Part shown: positions 50,574 to 59,543 of the stretch, one piece after another
Layout: every line of letters starts with the position of its first letter
Position numbering within the stretch: the stretch's first letter is position 1
DNA from: Geothrix sp.
GTDB lineage: Bacteria; Acidobacteriota; Holophagae; Holophagales; Holophagaceae
Reading direction: 5' to 3'
NCBI GenBank assembly: GCA_035255365.1
Contig: DATEZS010000031.1
Coordinates: forward strand, 12,940-76,939
Length of the DNA stretch: 64,000 nt
Notes under the pieces: generated by a model
The model's input: only the letters and a program-made list of their open reading frames with translations
Databases searched by the model: none
What the model was told of the DNA's origin: nothing
Program-made: the position numbers and the translations under genes

Positions 50574-51596
50574 ATGAACGAAGGACTCGATAATCCGGAT
50601 GTACTGGACCTGCTCATCGTGGGTGCCGGGCCTGCCGGCATCGCCACGGCCGTGGAGGCCCGCCGGGCCGGGATCGGGCGGGTGCTCATCCTGGAAAAGG
50701 GACCGCGCCATAGTTTTTCGATCGAGAAGCTGTACACCCCAGGCAAGCGGGTGGACAAGGTCTACCTCGGCCAGGCGGTGGAGTGCGAGGGTTCCGTATG
50801 CATTGTGGACGGGACGCGGGAAACCGTGCTTGAGACGCTGGAAGGCTTCGTCCGGGACTACGGCCTGGATATCTGGAATGAAACGGAGGTCACGCAGATC
50901 GTTCCCCTCGAAGCGGGTGGGTTCAAGGTGGTGGACCAGCACGGGACGGTTCATCTGACCCGAACGGTCGTCATCGCCATTGGCGTCTTCGGCCGCCCAA
51001 CCAAGCCCGACTATCCCCTTCCCGCATCCTTGAAAACCAGGATCCATTTCGACCTCACGAAACCCATTCCCGCTGGGGAGAGCGTCCTGGTCGTTGGAGG
51101 GGGGAACACGGCCCTGGAATACGTAGCCTTCCTGTACAGCGACCATCCCGTGACCCTGGCCTATCGGGGGGAGGCCTTCGCCAAAGCGAACGAGGTGAAC
51201 CGTCGGATCGTGGCGGATCTTGCTGCGGCCCACAAGGTGGACGTCTGGTTCAGCGCGGACATCGCATCGATCCAAGGCACAGAGGACCCTACGGTCCTGG
51301 AGGCCACCTTCAAGGATGGAAGAAAGGCTCGCTTCCAGCATGTGCTCTACGCCCTGGGAGGCAACACGCCCGAAGGATTCCTCCGCCAGGCGGGCATCGA
51401 GATTGATGGCCGACATCCTGTCGTGGACCACCGCTTCGGTTCGGAAGTCAGCGGGCTCTTCCTGGCCGGCGACCTGGTGGCCCAAGGCAAGGGTTCCATC
51501 GTGAAGGCCTTCAATACTGGCAAGACTGTTGTGTGGGAGGGCCTTTGCCAGGGGCATCTCACCTGCCGCATTCCCGGCACCGGGGTGCAACCTTGA
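50574..51596 (+). CDS. FAD/NAD(P)-dependent oxidoreductase, thioredoxin-reductase fold (FqrB-like)
   Basis: GAGPAG, Y..GKRVDK.Y, DGTRE, G..P.KPDY.LP, VGGGNTA.E, GLFLAGD; no CxxC at the TrxR position. Confidence 0.8.
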   Translation: MNEGLDNPDVLDLLIVGAGPAGIATAVEARRAGIGRVLILEKGPRHSFSIEKLYTPGKRVDKVYLGQAVECEGSVCIVDGTRETVLETLEGFVRDYGLDIWNETEVTQIVPLEAGGFKVVDQHGTVHLTRTVVIAIGVFGRPTKPDYPLPASLKTRIHFDLTKPIPAGESVLVVGGGNTALEYVAFLYSDHPVTLAYRGEAFAKANEVNRRIVADLAAAHKVDVWFSADIASIQGTEDPTVLEATFKDGRKARFQHVLYALGGNTPEGFLRQAGIEIDGRHPVVDHRFGSEVSGLFLAGDLVAQGKGSIVKAFNTGKTVVWEGLCQGHLTCRIPGTGVQP

Positions 51597-52447
51597 CGGG
51601 TCCTCTGGCCATTCTTGGTCCTGGCACCCTGGGCCTCTCCACAGCCCAGTGGGCCGCGGAATGCGGCCTGGAAGTCCGCCTGCTGGGGCGAACCCTGGAG
51701 CATGCCGAGGCAGGGTTCCGCCGCATCAAGTTGCATTGGCAACGCGCCGCCGACGCTGGTCGACTGTCCCTTGAATCCATGACTTCAGCGCAGGCATTGA
51801 TCACTCCGGCTCCCTTCTCCCCGGCGGCGCTCCAAGGCATCGCCACCTTTCTCGAGGCCGTACCGGAATCGCCCGATGCGAAGGTGCCGGTGTTGGCCCA
51901 GGCTTCCAGATGGGGCAACCCTGATCTGCTGATTCTCACGGGCACATCGGCTCTGCCGGTCTCGGCCCTGGCCAGGGAAGCGCGTCTTGAGGGCCGGCTG
52001 GTCGGATTTCACCTCTTCGTACCGGTACCTCGCATGGGCGTGGTGGAAATGGCCGTGGCACCTTATACCGAACAGGTCTGGGTGGATCGAACCCGGGCCC
52101 TGGGCCAGGCATTTCGGAAGCGGGTGGTCCAGGTGCGCGATCAGCCCGGCTTCGCCGCCGCCCGCATGGCTCTGGCCCAGGGGCTCGAGGCCATGCGGCT
52201 CCTCGAAGCCGGGGTGGCGACCGCAGAAGACCTGGATGCCCTCATGACCCTCGGCTATGGGCATCCTCTTGGTCCTCTGGAACTATCCGATCGGGTGGGC
52301 CTGGATCTCCGCCTACGCATCGCCGAAGGCTTGGTCGCCGCCGGAGAGCCGGGATTCAACCCTCCACCCATTTTGTCTCAGAAGGTTCGGGACGGGTTCC
52401 TTGGCCGCAAGACCAGCCAGGGATTCCATATGTGGGGTGAGAAATGA
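51593..52447 (+). CDS. 3-hydroxyacyl-CoA dehydrogenase family protein
   Basis: GPGTLG, EAVPE...K, TSAL, G.H.F.P, GYGHPLGPL.L.D.VGLD, LGRKT..GF. TTG start overlaps the upstream stop. Confidence 0.88.
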   Translation: MTGPLAILGPGTLGLSTAQWAAECGLEVRLLGRTLEHAEAGFRRIKLHWQRAADAGRLSLESMTSAQALITPAPFSPAALQGIATFLEAVPESPDAKVPVLAQASRWGNPDLLILTGTSALPVSALAREARLEGRLVGFHLFVPVPRMGVVEMAVAPYTEQVWVDRTRALGQAFRKRVVQVRDQPGFAAARMALAQGLEAMRLLEAGVATAEDLDALMTLGYGHPLGPLELSDRVGLDLRLRIAEGLVAAGEPGFNPPPILSQKVRDGFLGRKTSQGFHMWGEK

Positions 52448-52608
52448 GCACGCACCCGGGGCCTGTCGTCCTCCTGCTGGGATCGCTGGCGGCCTTCTTC
52501 GTGATCTATGTCGCATATCGGATTGGCAAAGTCATCCTGAGGGTCTTCATCGGCCTCGCGGTGCTGGCTCTGCTAAGCTGGTGGCTCTGGAGCCTATTCC
52601 ATTCCTGA
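52444..52608 (+). CDS. Small two-helix membrane protein (54 aa)
   Basis: Below the ORF-track cutoff. MSTHPGPVVLLLGSLAAFFVIYVAYRIGKVILRVFIGLAVLALLSWWLWSLFHS; ATGA overlap with the upstream gene. Confidence 0.65.
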   Translation: MSTHPGPVVLLLGSLAAFFVIYVAYRIGKVILRVFIGLAVLALLSWWLWSLFHS

Positions 52609-52633
52609 TTCACAGCCTTATCGAGGAGCAAGC

Positions 52634-52834
52634 ATGGCCGCCATCTCATGCACCCATTGCGGCGCCGATCTCACCGCCCCCCAGAGCGTTCGGATCGCCG
52701 AGTACCAGTTCGGTCACCTGGAGTCCATCTCCGAGGACCCCGGCTTCAAATACCATTTCGAGCAGCCCGACAACTACACCATCCTCTGCACCAGCTGCAA
52801 ACGGTTGGTCCGCACCCTGCCCTTCGCGAAATAG
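52634..52834 (+). CDS. Small zinc-ribbon protein
   Basis: CTHC...CTSC; GAGGAG RBS; followed by a hairpin. Confidence 0.75.
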   Translation: MAAISCTHCGADLTAPQSVRIAEYQFGHLESISEDPGFKYHFEQPDNYTILCTSCKRLVRTLPFAK

Positions 52835-52842
52835 ATTCTCCC

Positions 52843-52886
52843 CGAGATAAGGAAAGGGCCCCGGATGGGGCCCTTTCCTTATCTCG
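52843..52886. terminator. 20-bp-stem hairpin between convergent genes (probable terminator)
   Basis: CGAGATAAGGAAAGGGCCCC-GGAT-GGGGCCCTTTCCTTATCTCG. Confidence 0.75.
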
Positions 52887-52896
52887 ACTTCGCCGG

Positions 52897-54984
52897 CTAC
52901 TGACGAAGAATTCTGGGCGTGATGAAAATGAGGAGCTCGGTGTTCTTTTCGGCCTTCGTATCTTTCCGGAAAAGGAACCCGAGGAGAGGGATCTTTGAAA
53001 GGAATGGGACTCCATTCATGCCACGGGTTGAATTGGTGACATACACTCCGCCCAGGACGGCTGTGCCACCATCACGCACGAGCATCTGGGTTTCCAGGGC
53101 TTTGCGGAGAATGGTCGGGGTTCCATTCACCGTTCTGCTGAAATCGGCCTCGGCCTTTTCCAGCTTGATGTCCATGATGATGGTGCCTTCGTTGGTGATC
53201 TGCGGAGTCACTTCCAGTTGCAGGTTGGCGTCAATGAAGGCCACAGTGATGGCGCCACCTTGAGCCCCGCCCTGCTGGGTGGGATACGGGATCTTCTCGC
53301 CGCTGAGGATGGTCGCCTTGCGATTGTTCTGAGTCACCACCTTCGGAGAGGACACGATCTTGATGGTGCCTTCACTCTCCATGGCCTGGAGCACAGCATT
53401 GATGCTGAAGCGATTGCTCAGGAAGGAAAGCCACAGTTCGCCGGCAGGAGCGGCAAGGGATGTGACGCCAGCGTTCCCGGGTGACCAAGCAGCTGCGGCC
53501 CATTGTCCAGAAAGCGGGCGGTTAGCACCTTGAACGCCATTCCAGAACGGTGACTGGGTGGCGACCCAAGGAGCCGATGTGGTGCCAGCCCCAGTGCCTC
53601 CAACGAGGGCGACATTACCAGTATTGGACTGGGGCCATTTCACTCCGAACTCGCGCTGCCAATCCTTATTGGCTTCCACGACGCGAGCTTCAATTTGAAC
53701 CTGCTGAATTTGAACATCCAGGGTCGAAATCAGCTCTTCGATGAGAGCGATGTTCCTCGGCAGATCCGTAATGATCAAGGTATTGGTCCTGTCGTCCAGG
53801 ATCGCCGATCCACGCTTGGTCAGGACTTCCTTGAGAATCTTATTGACATCCGCCACCTTGGAATAGGAAAGGGGGCGAGTAATGGTCTGCAGCTGCCCGG
53901 AAAGAGCCTTGGTATCTTCCAGCTTTTTCCGGTCTTCCTCTTCTTTCTGGAGCTTATCGATTTTCGCGATACGGATGACGCCGTTCTGGATTTCCTTCCC
54001 CAGACCAGCATTTTTCAGAACTACATCCAGAACCTGGTCCCAAGGGGTATCAGTGAATTTGATACCGAGAGTGCCCTGGACGTCTGGATCCATGACGAGA
54101 TTCAATTTGCCCGTATCAGCCAGGATGCGGAGGAAATCACGGATGTCGGTGCTCTGCAGATCGATCGTAATTTTTGATCCAGTGTAATGATTTTGACCCT
54201 CACCAATGGTCCTGGAGGACATGCGGGATTGGGTTGCCGCAGTCTGGGTCTTTTCCGCATCAGGAACCTGGATGGCCTCTGGCTTGAGCGTCGGCAACGC
54301 CGTGGAGGCCGCGAGCTGAGGGAGGACCTGGAAGGAGGTCGCCATGGCCGGCAATGCTGGCATCGGCTTCGCAACCGGCGCCGCAGGATTCAGGCCCAGA
54401 TCAGCGGGGCCCTTCTGAATCGATGCCACGACAGGGCTTTGTGCCACGACCACAGGAGCGGACAGGGATGCAGTGTTTACGGTAGGTGCCAGGCCCACAG
54501 CGCTAGGCGTCTGCATCCCACCCTCGAACCGGGCCTGGACCTTGCCGTCACCAGGCGACAGCATGAGCTGGACACCTTCAGGAATGGTCCCAACAACCAC
54601 TTGAGTCCCGGGCACGACTTCAATGACCAGCCGGGTCATGGCCTTGGGTGCCACAGAAAACTGCGCAAGGCGTGTTTTCTGGATGAGCGGATGCACCAGC
54701 AAGGCAAGATCCTTCCTGGTGACCAACGTTCCGCGATCCACGCCTGGAAGATCCAGCACCACCCGATGTGGATTGGAAAGCACTTGAACCATCGGACGAA
54801 GATCCAATCCAGGAATCCCTAGGGTCAGGCGTGCTCCCGCACCCAATGGCTCAAGCACGGCCGAAAGCAGAATTGGTTTCTTCTGCGCCGATTCGATGGG
54901 AGTTGTGGCATGGAGGGATCCAGGGTGGATCCCCGCCAGGACCACGCCCCCTGCGACCAGCAAGGAACTCAGGCGAGCATTCAT
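52897..54984 (-). CDS. pilQ: Type IV pilus secretin PilQ (with AMIN domain)
   Basis: NPHRVVLDL AMIN domain, YTG.KI..D, PWDQ.LD, DDRTNTLII, QVQIEARVVE, VPFLSKIP.LG.LF, ELLIFITPRI. Confidence 0.95.
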   Translation of the reverse strand: MNARLSSLLVAGGVVLAGIHPGSLHATTPIESAQKKPILLSAVLEPLGAGARLTLGIPGLDLRPMVQVLSNPHRVVLDLPGVDRGTLVTRKDLALLVHPLIQKTRLAQFSVAPKAMTRLVIEVVPGTQVVVGTIPEGVQLMLSPGDGKVQARFEGGMQTPSAVGLAPTVNTASLSAPVVVAQSPVVASIQKGPADLGLNPAAPVAKPMPALPAMATSFQVLPQLAASTALPTLKPEAIQVPDAEKTQTAATQSRMSSRTIGEGQNHYTGSKITIDLQSTDIRDFLRILADTGKLNLVMDPDVQGTLGIKFTDTPWDQVLDVVLKNAGLGKEIQNGVIRIAKIDKLQKEEEDRKKLEDTKALSGQLQTITRPLSYSKVADVNKILKEVLTKRGSAILDDRTNTLIITDLPRNIALIEELISTLDVQIQQVQIEARVVEANKDWQREFGVKWPQSNTGNVALVGGTGAGTTSAPWVATQSPFWNGVQGANRPLSGQWAAAAWSPGNAGVTSLAAPAGELWLSFLSNRFSINAVLQAMESEGTIKIVSSPKVVTQNNRKATILSGEKIPYPTQQGGAQGGAITVAFIDANLQLEVTPQITNEGTIIMDIKLEKAEADFSRTVNGTPTILRKALETQMLVRDGGTAVLGGVYVTNSTRGMNGVPFLSKIPLLGFLFRKDTKAEKNTELLIFITPRILRQ

Positions 54985-55442
54985 CGTTTACCCTCCTCAC
55001 GCTTAAATGTCTTCGTGATGGTTCGGAATACAGAACGGTTGGTGGTGCTCACTTCCCATTGATGGAAGGTCACCGATTTATCAGTAATGGCCGTGATCTC
55101 AGCATCCTTGAAGCGATGCCCGACAGGCAGCCAGCGGACAGTTCCGCGGCTATCCGAGACGATAGCGAAATTCTTGCCATCCTTGCGAATCATCCCTTTA
55201 ACGGAAATATCTTCAAGGAGGTCCAAGGCATCCACCGGGCGTTCGTCTCGAGGTGCAGAAAAGGGATCCCGTTGGATGGTAGGCCGATAGGGGGTGATTT
55301 TGACAATCGCCACGTCCTCGGCGGGAGGTCCGCCAGGCTGAGCCGCCGTTGACGGCGCCGCGGTTGACGGTGCCGGTGCAGGCGACTGCCCGAGCAGAAC
55401 GGCTGCAACAGAGATAGAGAAGAGTACGGATCGTCCAAGCAT
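54981..55442 (-). CDS. pilP: PilP-like type IV pilus assembly protein
   Basis: Position between pilO and pilQ; Y.P...RDPF motif followed by a beta domain (KGM.....AIV). Confidence 0.72.
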   Translation of the reverse strand: MLGRSVLFSISVAAVLLGQSPAPAPSTAAPSTAAQPGGPPAEDVAIVKITPYRPTIQRDPFSAPRDERPVDALDLLEDISVKGMIRKDGKNFAIVSDSRGTVRWLPVGHRFKDAEITAITDKSVTFHQWEVSTTNRSVFRTITKTFKREEGKR

Positions 55443-55449
55443 GATTATC

Positions 55450-56055
55450 TCAATCCTCCTTCCCGGCGGCCCTAGGCGCTGTTGCAGGCTTCTTTTTTTC
55501 AGGTTCAGGTGGAGGTTCCGGATTATAGACGAATGCGCTGATCGTGCATTTGACCGTCGCAGGATACACGCTCTTCGCATCCGTTTTCCGGACCAACTCA
55601 ATATTCGATACGTTGATAATCTTGTCATAGCCGGAGATCAGGGAAGTGAATTGGCCAAATGAGTGAAAGCCAACCCTGAACTCAAACTCCACGGGCTTCT
55701 CCGTGTAGTAGGTGTCCTTTCGCTCTGGCTTAAGTGAGAAGGCCACCTGATCAATCCCGGCATCATCAGCGATTTTCTTGATTCGGTAGGGAATCTCGCC
55801 GTAATCCGTTTCCGTAGGCATGATCTTGATCAGTTCTTCGATTCGCTTGTCCTGCTTGGCCACCTCTTCACGAAGCTTCTCGTAACTGGCCTTGAGCAGT
55901 TTGCCCTTGTCCACCTCGGCCTGAAGCGTCTTGATGTCCGTATTGATGGACTCAAGTTCTGTTCGCTTTCCCTGCGACAGGAGGTAGACAAGGCCGGTCA
56001 GCACGATGCCAGCCAATGCACCCAAACCGATCTGTTTCTGAAGTTGGGGATCCAT
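55450..56055 (-). CDS. pilO: Type IV pilus assembly protein PilO
   Basis: TM helix, coiled coil, P...E.P, YYTEKPV, FHSFG.F. Confidence 0.88.
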   Translation of the reverse strand: MDPQLQKQIGLGALAGIVLTGLVYLLSQGKRTELESINTDIKTLQAEVDKGKLLKASYEKLREEVAKQDKRIEELIKIMPTETDYGEIPYRIKKIADDAGIDQVAFSLKPERKDTYYTEKPVEFEFRVGFHSFGQFTSLISGYDKIINVSNIELVRKTDAKSVYPATVKCTISAFVYNPEPPPEPEKKKPATAPRAAGKED

Positions 56056-56063
56056 GGCCTACC

Positions 56064-56663
56064 TCAGACGGCGTTCTGGAGTTCGAAGGAGATGGTGAAC
56101 TCGAAAGAGCCCGTAGCTCCCCGCTTTGCACCAGGATAGCTAATCTTCTTGAACCACCGAGTCCGGGATTGAAGATTGCCATAGAAGGAATTGATGGACT
56201 CGAAGTTTCGGCCTTCACCTTCAACGGTGATGCGCATTCCCTTCTGCGAGATCTTCTTGAACCAGACATCATCAGGGAGACTGTTGGCCAACTCCTCCAG
56301 GAAGTGCACCGGCAAGGCCTGCTGGCGTTTGAGGGTGGTCATCACTTCTTCTTTCTGCTGCAAAGCGGCCTTCTTGTCCCTGAATTTCTTTTCCAGGGCA
56401 ATGAAAGGCTCGTATTGCTTCTTGTCTCGTTCCAATTCCGCCTTGCGGTGTTCAGCGCGAGTGAATTCACTGTTCAGCCAAAGATAGTAGACACCGCCCA
56501 GGGCCGCGAAAAACAGGCCAGCCAGGACTCCTGCGATCGGTAGTTTGGATTTGCTTCCACCTTCCCCCGTATAGACCTGGACGGGTTCAGCAGCGACTTT
56601 GTCCCCTGCCTTCTTCCCCGCTCCTTGAGCCAGGGCATCTCCGAGAAGATTGATCTTGATCAT
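56064..56663 (-). CDS. pilN: Type IV pilus assembly protein PilN
   Basis: N-terminal INLL motif, TM helix, LP..VW. Confidence 0.9.
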   Translation of the reverse strand: MIKINLLGDALAQGAGKKAGDKVAAEPVQVYTGEGGSKSKLPIAGVLAGLFFAALGGVYYLWLNSEFTRAEHRKAELERDKKQYEPFIALEKKFRDKKAALQQKEEVMTTLKRQQALPVHFLEELANSLPDDVWFKKISQKGMRITVEGEGRNFESINSFYGNLQSRTRWFKKISYPGAKRGATGSFEFTISFELQNAV

Positions 56664-57742
56664 CGGTCCCCCACCTGGCGCAAGGCCAATCCGACGACGA
56701 CTGCGGCGCCGCCTCCGATTGCGCGCACTGCAACGGAATCCTCATTCTGTCCGTCCACCTCGATCTGCTGGAAGGGGTTGAAGCGATCAACCGGAACCCG
56801 CAACCGATCCCCGAGGACCTCAAGCAAGCCATGCACAAGGGAACCACCGCCACAGACCAGGACGCGATCAAGGCGGTCCACCTTGAAGCTGCTCTTGAAG
56901 AAGTCCAGCGTGCGCGTGAGTTCATCAGCAAAGGCATCACTGACGGCATTTATGGATGGCTGGACTTCCTCGGGTTCGCGCCCTTCGGCGGCCTGATTTC
57001 GTTTCAGCTGTTCTGCCGCCTCGCGCGTGATCCCCCAGTCCTCCATGAGCTTTTCGGAGTACCGTCCGCTTCCCCAGGCCATATCCCGCCAGAAGACAGA
57101 CCGACCTCCCACCATCATGTTCAAGTTGGTGAAGGTCGCACCCATATTGACCAAGGCCACGACTTCGTCCCTGGACCCATCCTGGATGTTGACCTCGTAC
57201 GCGTTCTGGATGGCGAACACATCCACGTCCACGACCTTGGGGCTGCAGCCAGCCTGAGCGACACAGCCGATATAAGCTTCCAATTTGTCTTTGCGGCAGG
57301 CCACGAGAACCACATCCATGTTCCCTTCAGCTGCCCGCTCCTCGATGAGGTAATAGTCCAAGGCGTAGGAGTCCAGCCCCTGACCGGCAGGGAAGAAGCT
57401 TTCAGCCTCCCACCGAACCGACTCGGCGAGCTCAGCCTGGCTCATCAGGGGGAATGTCACTTTTTTGACCATCACCTGCTGACCCGACACAGAAATCGCC
57501 ACATCTTTGGCTTTAATTTTCTGTTCTGTCAGAACCTGACGAATTGCAGAAGCTACGGCACTGCTATCCATGATGTCGCCATCTACGATGGCATCGGAAG
57601 GCAGCGATACTTGGCCAAGTTTCTGGAGCCGGTATCGGATCTGGTTTCCCTTGCCGACCCTCTGCAGTTCGCAGACCTTCACAGCACTGGAACCAATATC
57701 CAAACCGACAAGACTTTTGGGCTTGCTTCCGAAAAGACCCAC
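56660..57742 (-). CDS. pilM: Type IV pilus assembly protein PilM
   Basis: GLDIGSSAVK actin-like motif, VDVDVFA, CGGGS, VGLALR. Confidence 0.94.
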   Translation of the reverse strand: MGLFGSKPKSLVGLDIGSSAVKVCELQRVGKGNQIRYRLQKLGQVSLPSDAIVDGDIMDSSAVASAIRQVLTEQKIKAKDVAISVSGQQVMVKKVTFPLMSQAELAESVRWEAESFFPAGQGLDSYALDYYLIEERAAEGNMDVVLVACRKDKLEAYIGCVAQAGCSPKVVDVDVFAIQNAYEVNIQDGSRDEVVALVNMGATFTNLNMMVGGRSVFWRDMAWGSGRYSEKLMEDWGITREAAEQLKRNQAAEGREPEEVQPSINAVSDAFADELTRTLDFFKSSFKVDRLDRVLVCGGGSLVHGLLEVLGDRLRVPVDRFNPFQQIEVDGQNEDSVAVRAIGGGAAVVVGLALRQVGDR

Positions 57743-57823
57743 CGGACGCCTCACTTGAAAGTGTAGAAGATGAATGAAAGGTTACTGCCAGAATGGATTA
57801 GGTCAAGTTTTTCTATGATTGCA

Positions 57824-58594
57824 TCAAGATTCCTCTGATTCCCAACCAACCAGGATGACGGTGACATTGTCTTCACCACCGTGATCTTTGGCCGTCGAGA
57901 TCAATAATTCCACGGCAGAAGAAAGATCTTTAGAGGTTCCAACGATATCCAAGATCTGTTGATCGCCAACCATTCCTGACAGGCCATCGGAGCAAAGCAA
58001 AAGTCGCTCCGATTTGGAAAGCTCAAGTTCCTGAACTTCCACATCAAGGTCTCCCCCGTTCCCCAGGGCCTGGGTAATGACATTCCTGAAGGGATGCACC
58101 CGCGCTTCGGAGGCCGTGAGAATACCGTTGGCAACCTGCTCAGCAACCCAGCTGTGATCCCTCGTGACCTGTCGTATTCCATCGGGATGAAGGACATAGG
58201 CCCGGCTATCCCCCACGTGAGCCAGGGTGACCTTCGATCCATGAAACAAGGCCGCGACGACCGTCGACCCCATCGTCTCCCGTTCCGGGTTCTGCCTGAT
58301 GTCTTCGACAATGGCCCGGTTCGCCAGGTGCAGGGAGACCTTCAGTCGGTTCCCGTCATAACTGAGGGAGGGATCGTACTGAACGGGCCAGGTTCGATCC
58401 TTCTCCATGGTCTGGCCGATGAACTGCGCCACGGTCTCAACGACGATGCGACTGGCGACTTCACCCGCAGCGTGCCCCCCCAACCCATCAGCGACAAGGA
58501 ACAGCCCCAACTGGGTATCCGCCAGGAAGCTGTCTTCATTGTGTTTTCGAACACAACCCACATCGGTATTTCCTGCGGCAAGGATCGCCATCAT
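57824..58594 (-). CDS. Stp1/PP2C-family Ser/Thr phosphatase
   Basis: G.VRKHNED, VADGLGGHAAGEVAS, MGST, VGDSRAY, CSDGL, GGEDNVT. Confidence 0.94.
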   Translation of the reverse strand: MMAILAAGNTDVGCVRKHNEDSFLADTQLGLFLVADGLGGHAAGEVASRIVVETVAQFIGQTMEKDRTWPVQYDPSLSYDGNRLKVSLHLANRAIVEDIRQNPERETMGSTVVAALFHGSKVTLAHVGDSRAYVLHPDGIRQVTRDHSWVAEQVANGILTASEARVHPFRNVITQALGNGGDLDVEVQELELSKSERLLLCSDGLSGMVGDQQILDIVGTSKDLSSAVELLISTAKDHGGEDNVTVILVGWESEES

Positions 58595-59329
58595 TCAACC
58601 CTTTCCTGTCAATCGGCTCCAGAGAGCCCTGAGTTGATCCATGACCTGATCCATCGGCCCAGGCGGGGGTGGGGCTGGCGTTTTCCCTGGCCGCTTGGGA
58701 GCCTGTGGGGCGACAGCCATCTTGGCGGCTTTTGAATCGAGCTGCCTGAGTTTTGGATGGTTCGGCGAAATGTCCCGCGCCAATTGAAGATGGCGCTGGG
58801 ATCTCGCGTTCAAGCCCAGAGTCTGGAAATGCGCGGCAAGCCGGATGTGACACTCGACATCCCGCGGGGCCAGCCTCACTGCGCTTTCCAGGGCTTTCAC
58901 GACCGATCGAAGGTCACCACCCTCTTTCTCGAGGATCGAAGCCAGAAGCGAGTGGTACTGCGCATTCTCGTCATCAAGGCGGATCGCATAGTGGATCAAG
59001 GCTCGAGCCTGATCCAGGTTCCCATCCTCGAAGGCTGCCTTTGCCAAGCCCGCCCAATCCTCCGCGGTGCGCTCCTTCGGCGACTCAGCCGCCGGGCCTG
59101 GAGCCACCGGCGAAGCTTGGGGCACCTGCTGCGGGATGTTCATCCGTTTGACGGGATCCTTCAGCATGCTGAAGGCCTCGGCCAATTCACGAAAGCGATT
59201 CTCGGCCTCTACTTTTTCAGGTCCCGTGAAGCGGTCAGGATGCCACCTTTTGGCCAGCCGATGGTACGCGGCCTTGATGTCCTCGGGTGAGGCATCTGCG
59301 GGAATCTCCAGCACAGTGAAGGGGTTCAT
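58595..59329 (-). CDS. J-domain (DnaJ-like) protein with TPR repeats
   Basis: IKAAYHRLAKRWHPD J-domain followed by TPR-like helices. Confidence 0.9.
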   Translation of the reverse strand: MNPFTVLEIPADASPEDIKAAYHRLAKRWHPDRFTGPEKVEAENRFRELAEAFSMLKDPVKRMNIPQQVPQASPVAPGPAAESPKERTAEDWAGLAKAAFEDGNLDQARALIHYAIRLDDENAQYHSLLASILEKEGGDLRSVVKALESAVRLAPRDVECHIRLAAHFQTLGLNARSQRHLQLARDISPNHPKLRQLDSKAAKMAVAPQAPKRPGKTPAPPPPGPMDQVMDQLRALWSRLTGKG

Positions 59330-59543
59330 GTCGTTCCGTAAGAGATCTTTGAGACTGTCACCAAACAGGAGTAAAGGACAAGAGTGCGAGTGAAGGATGG
59401 TAGCCTATTTCCATCCAAGATGCTGTTCCCAAGCTGCGCGGGGGGCCTGATTCTCATCCCATCCTGGGAGCCACCACCCGCCACCCTTGGACTAGATGTA
59501 GGCCCTGCACGCTGGCAGAGTAGAAGGTTCTGGAGGCTTTGAG

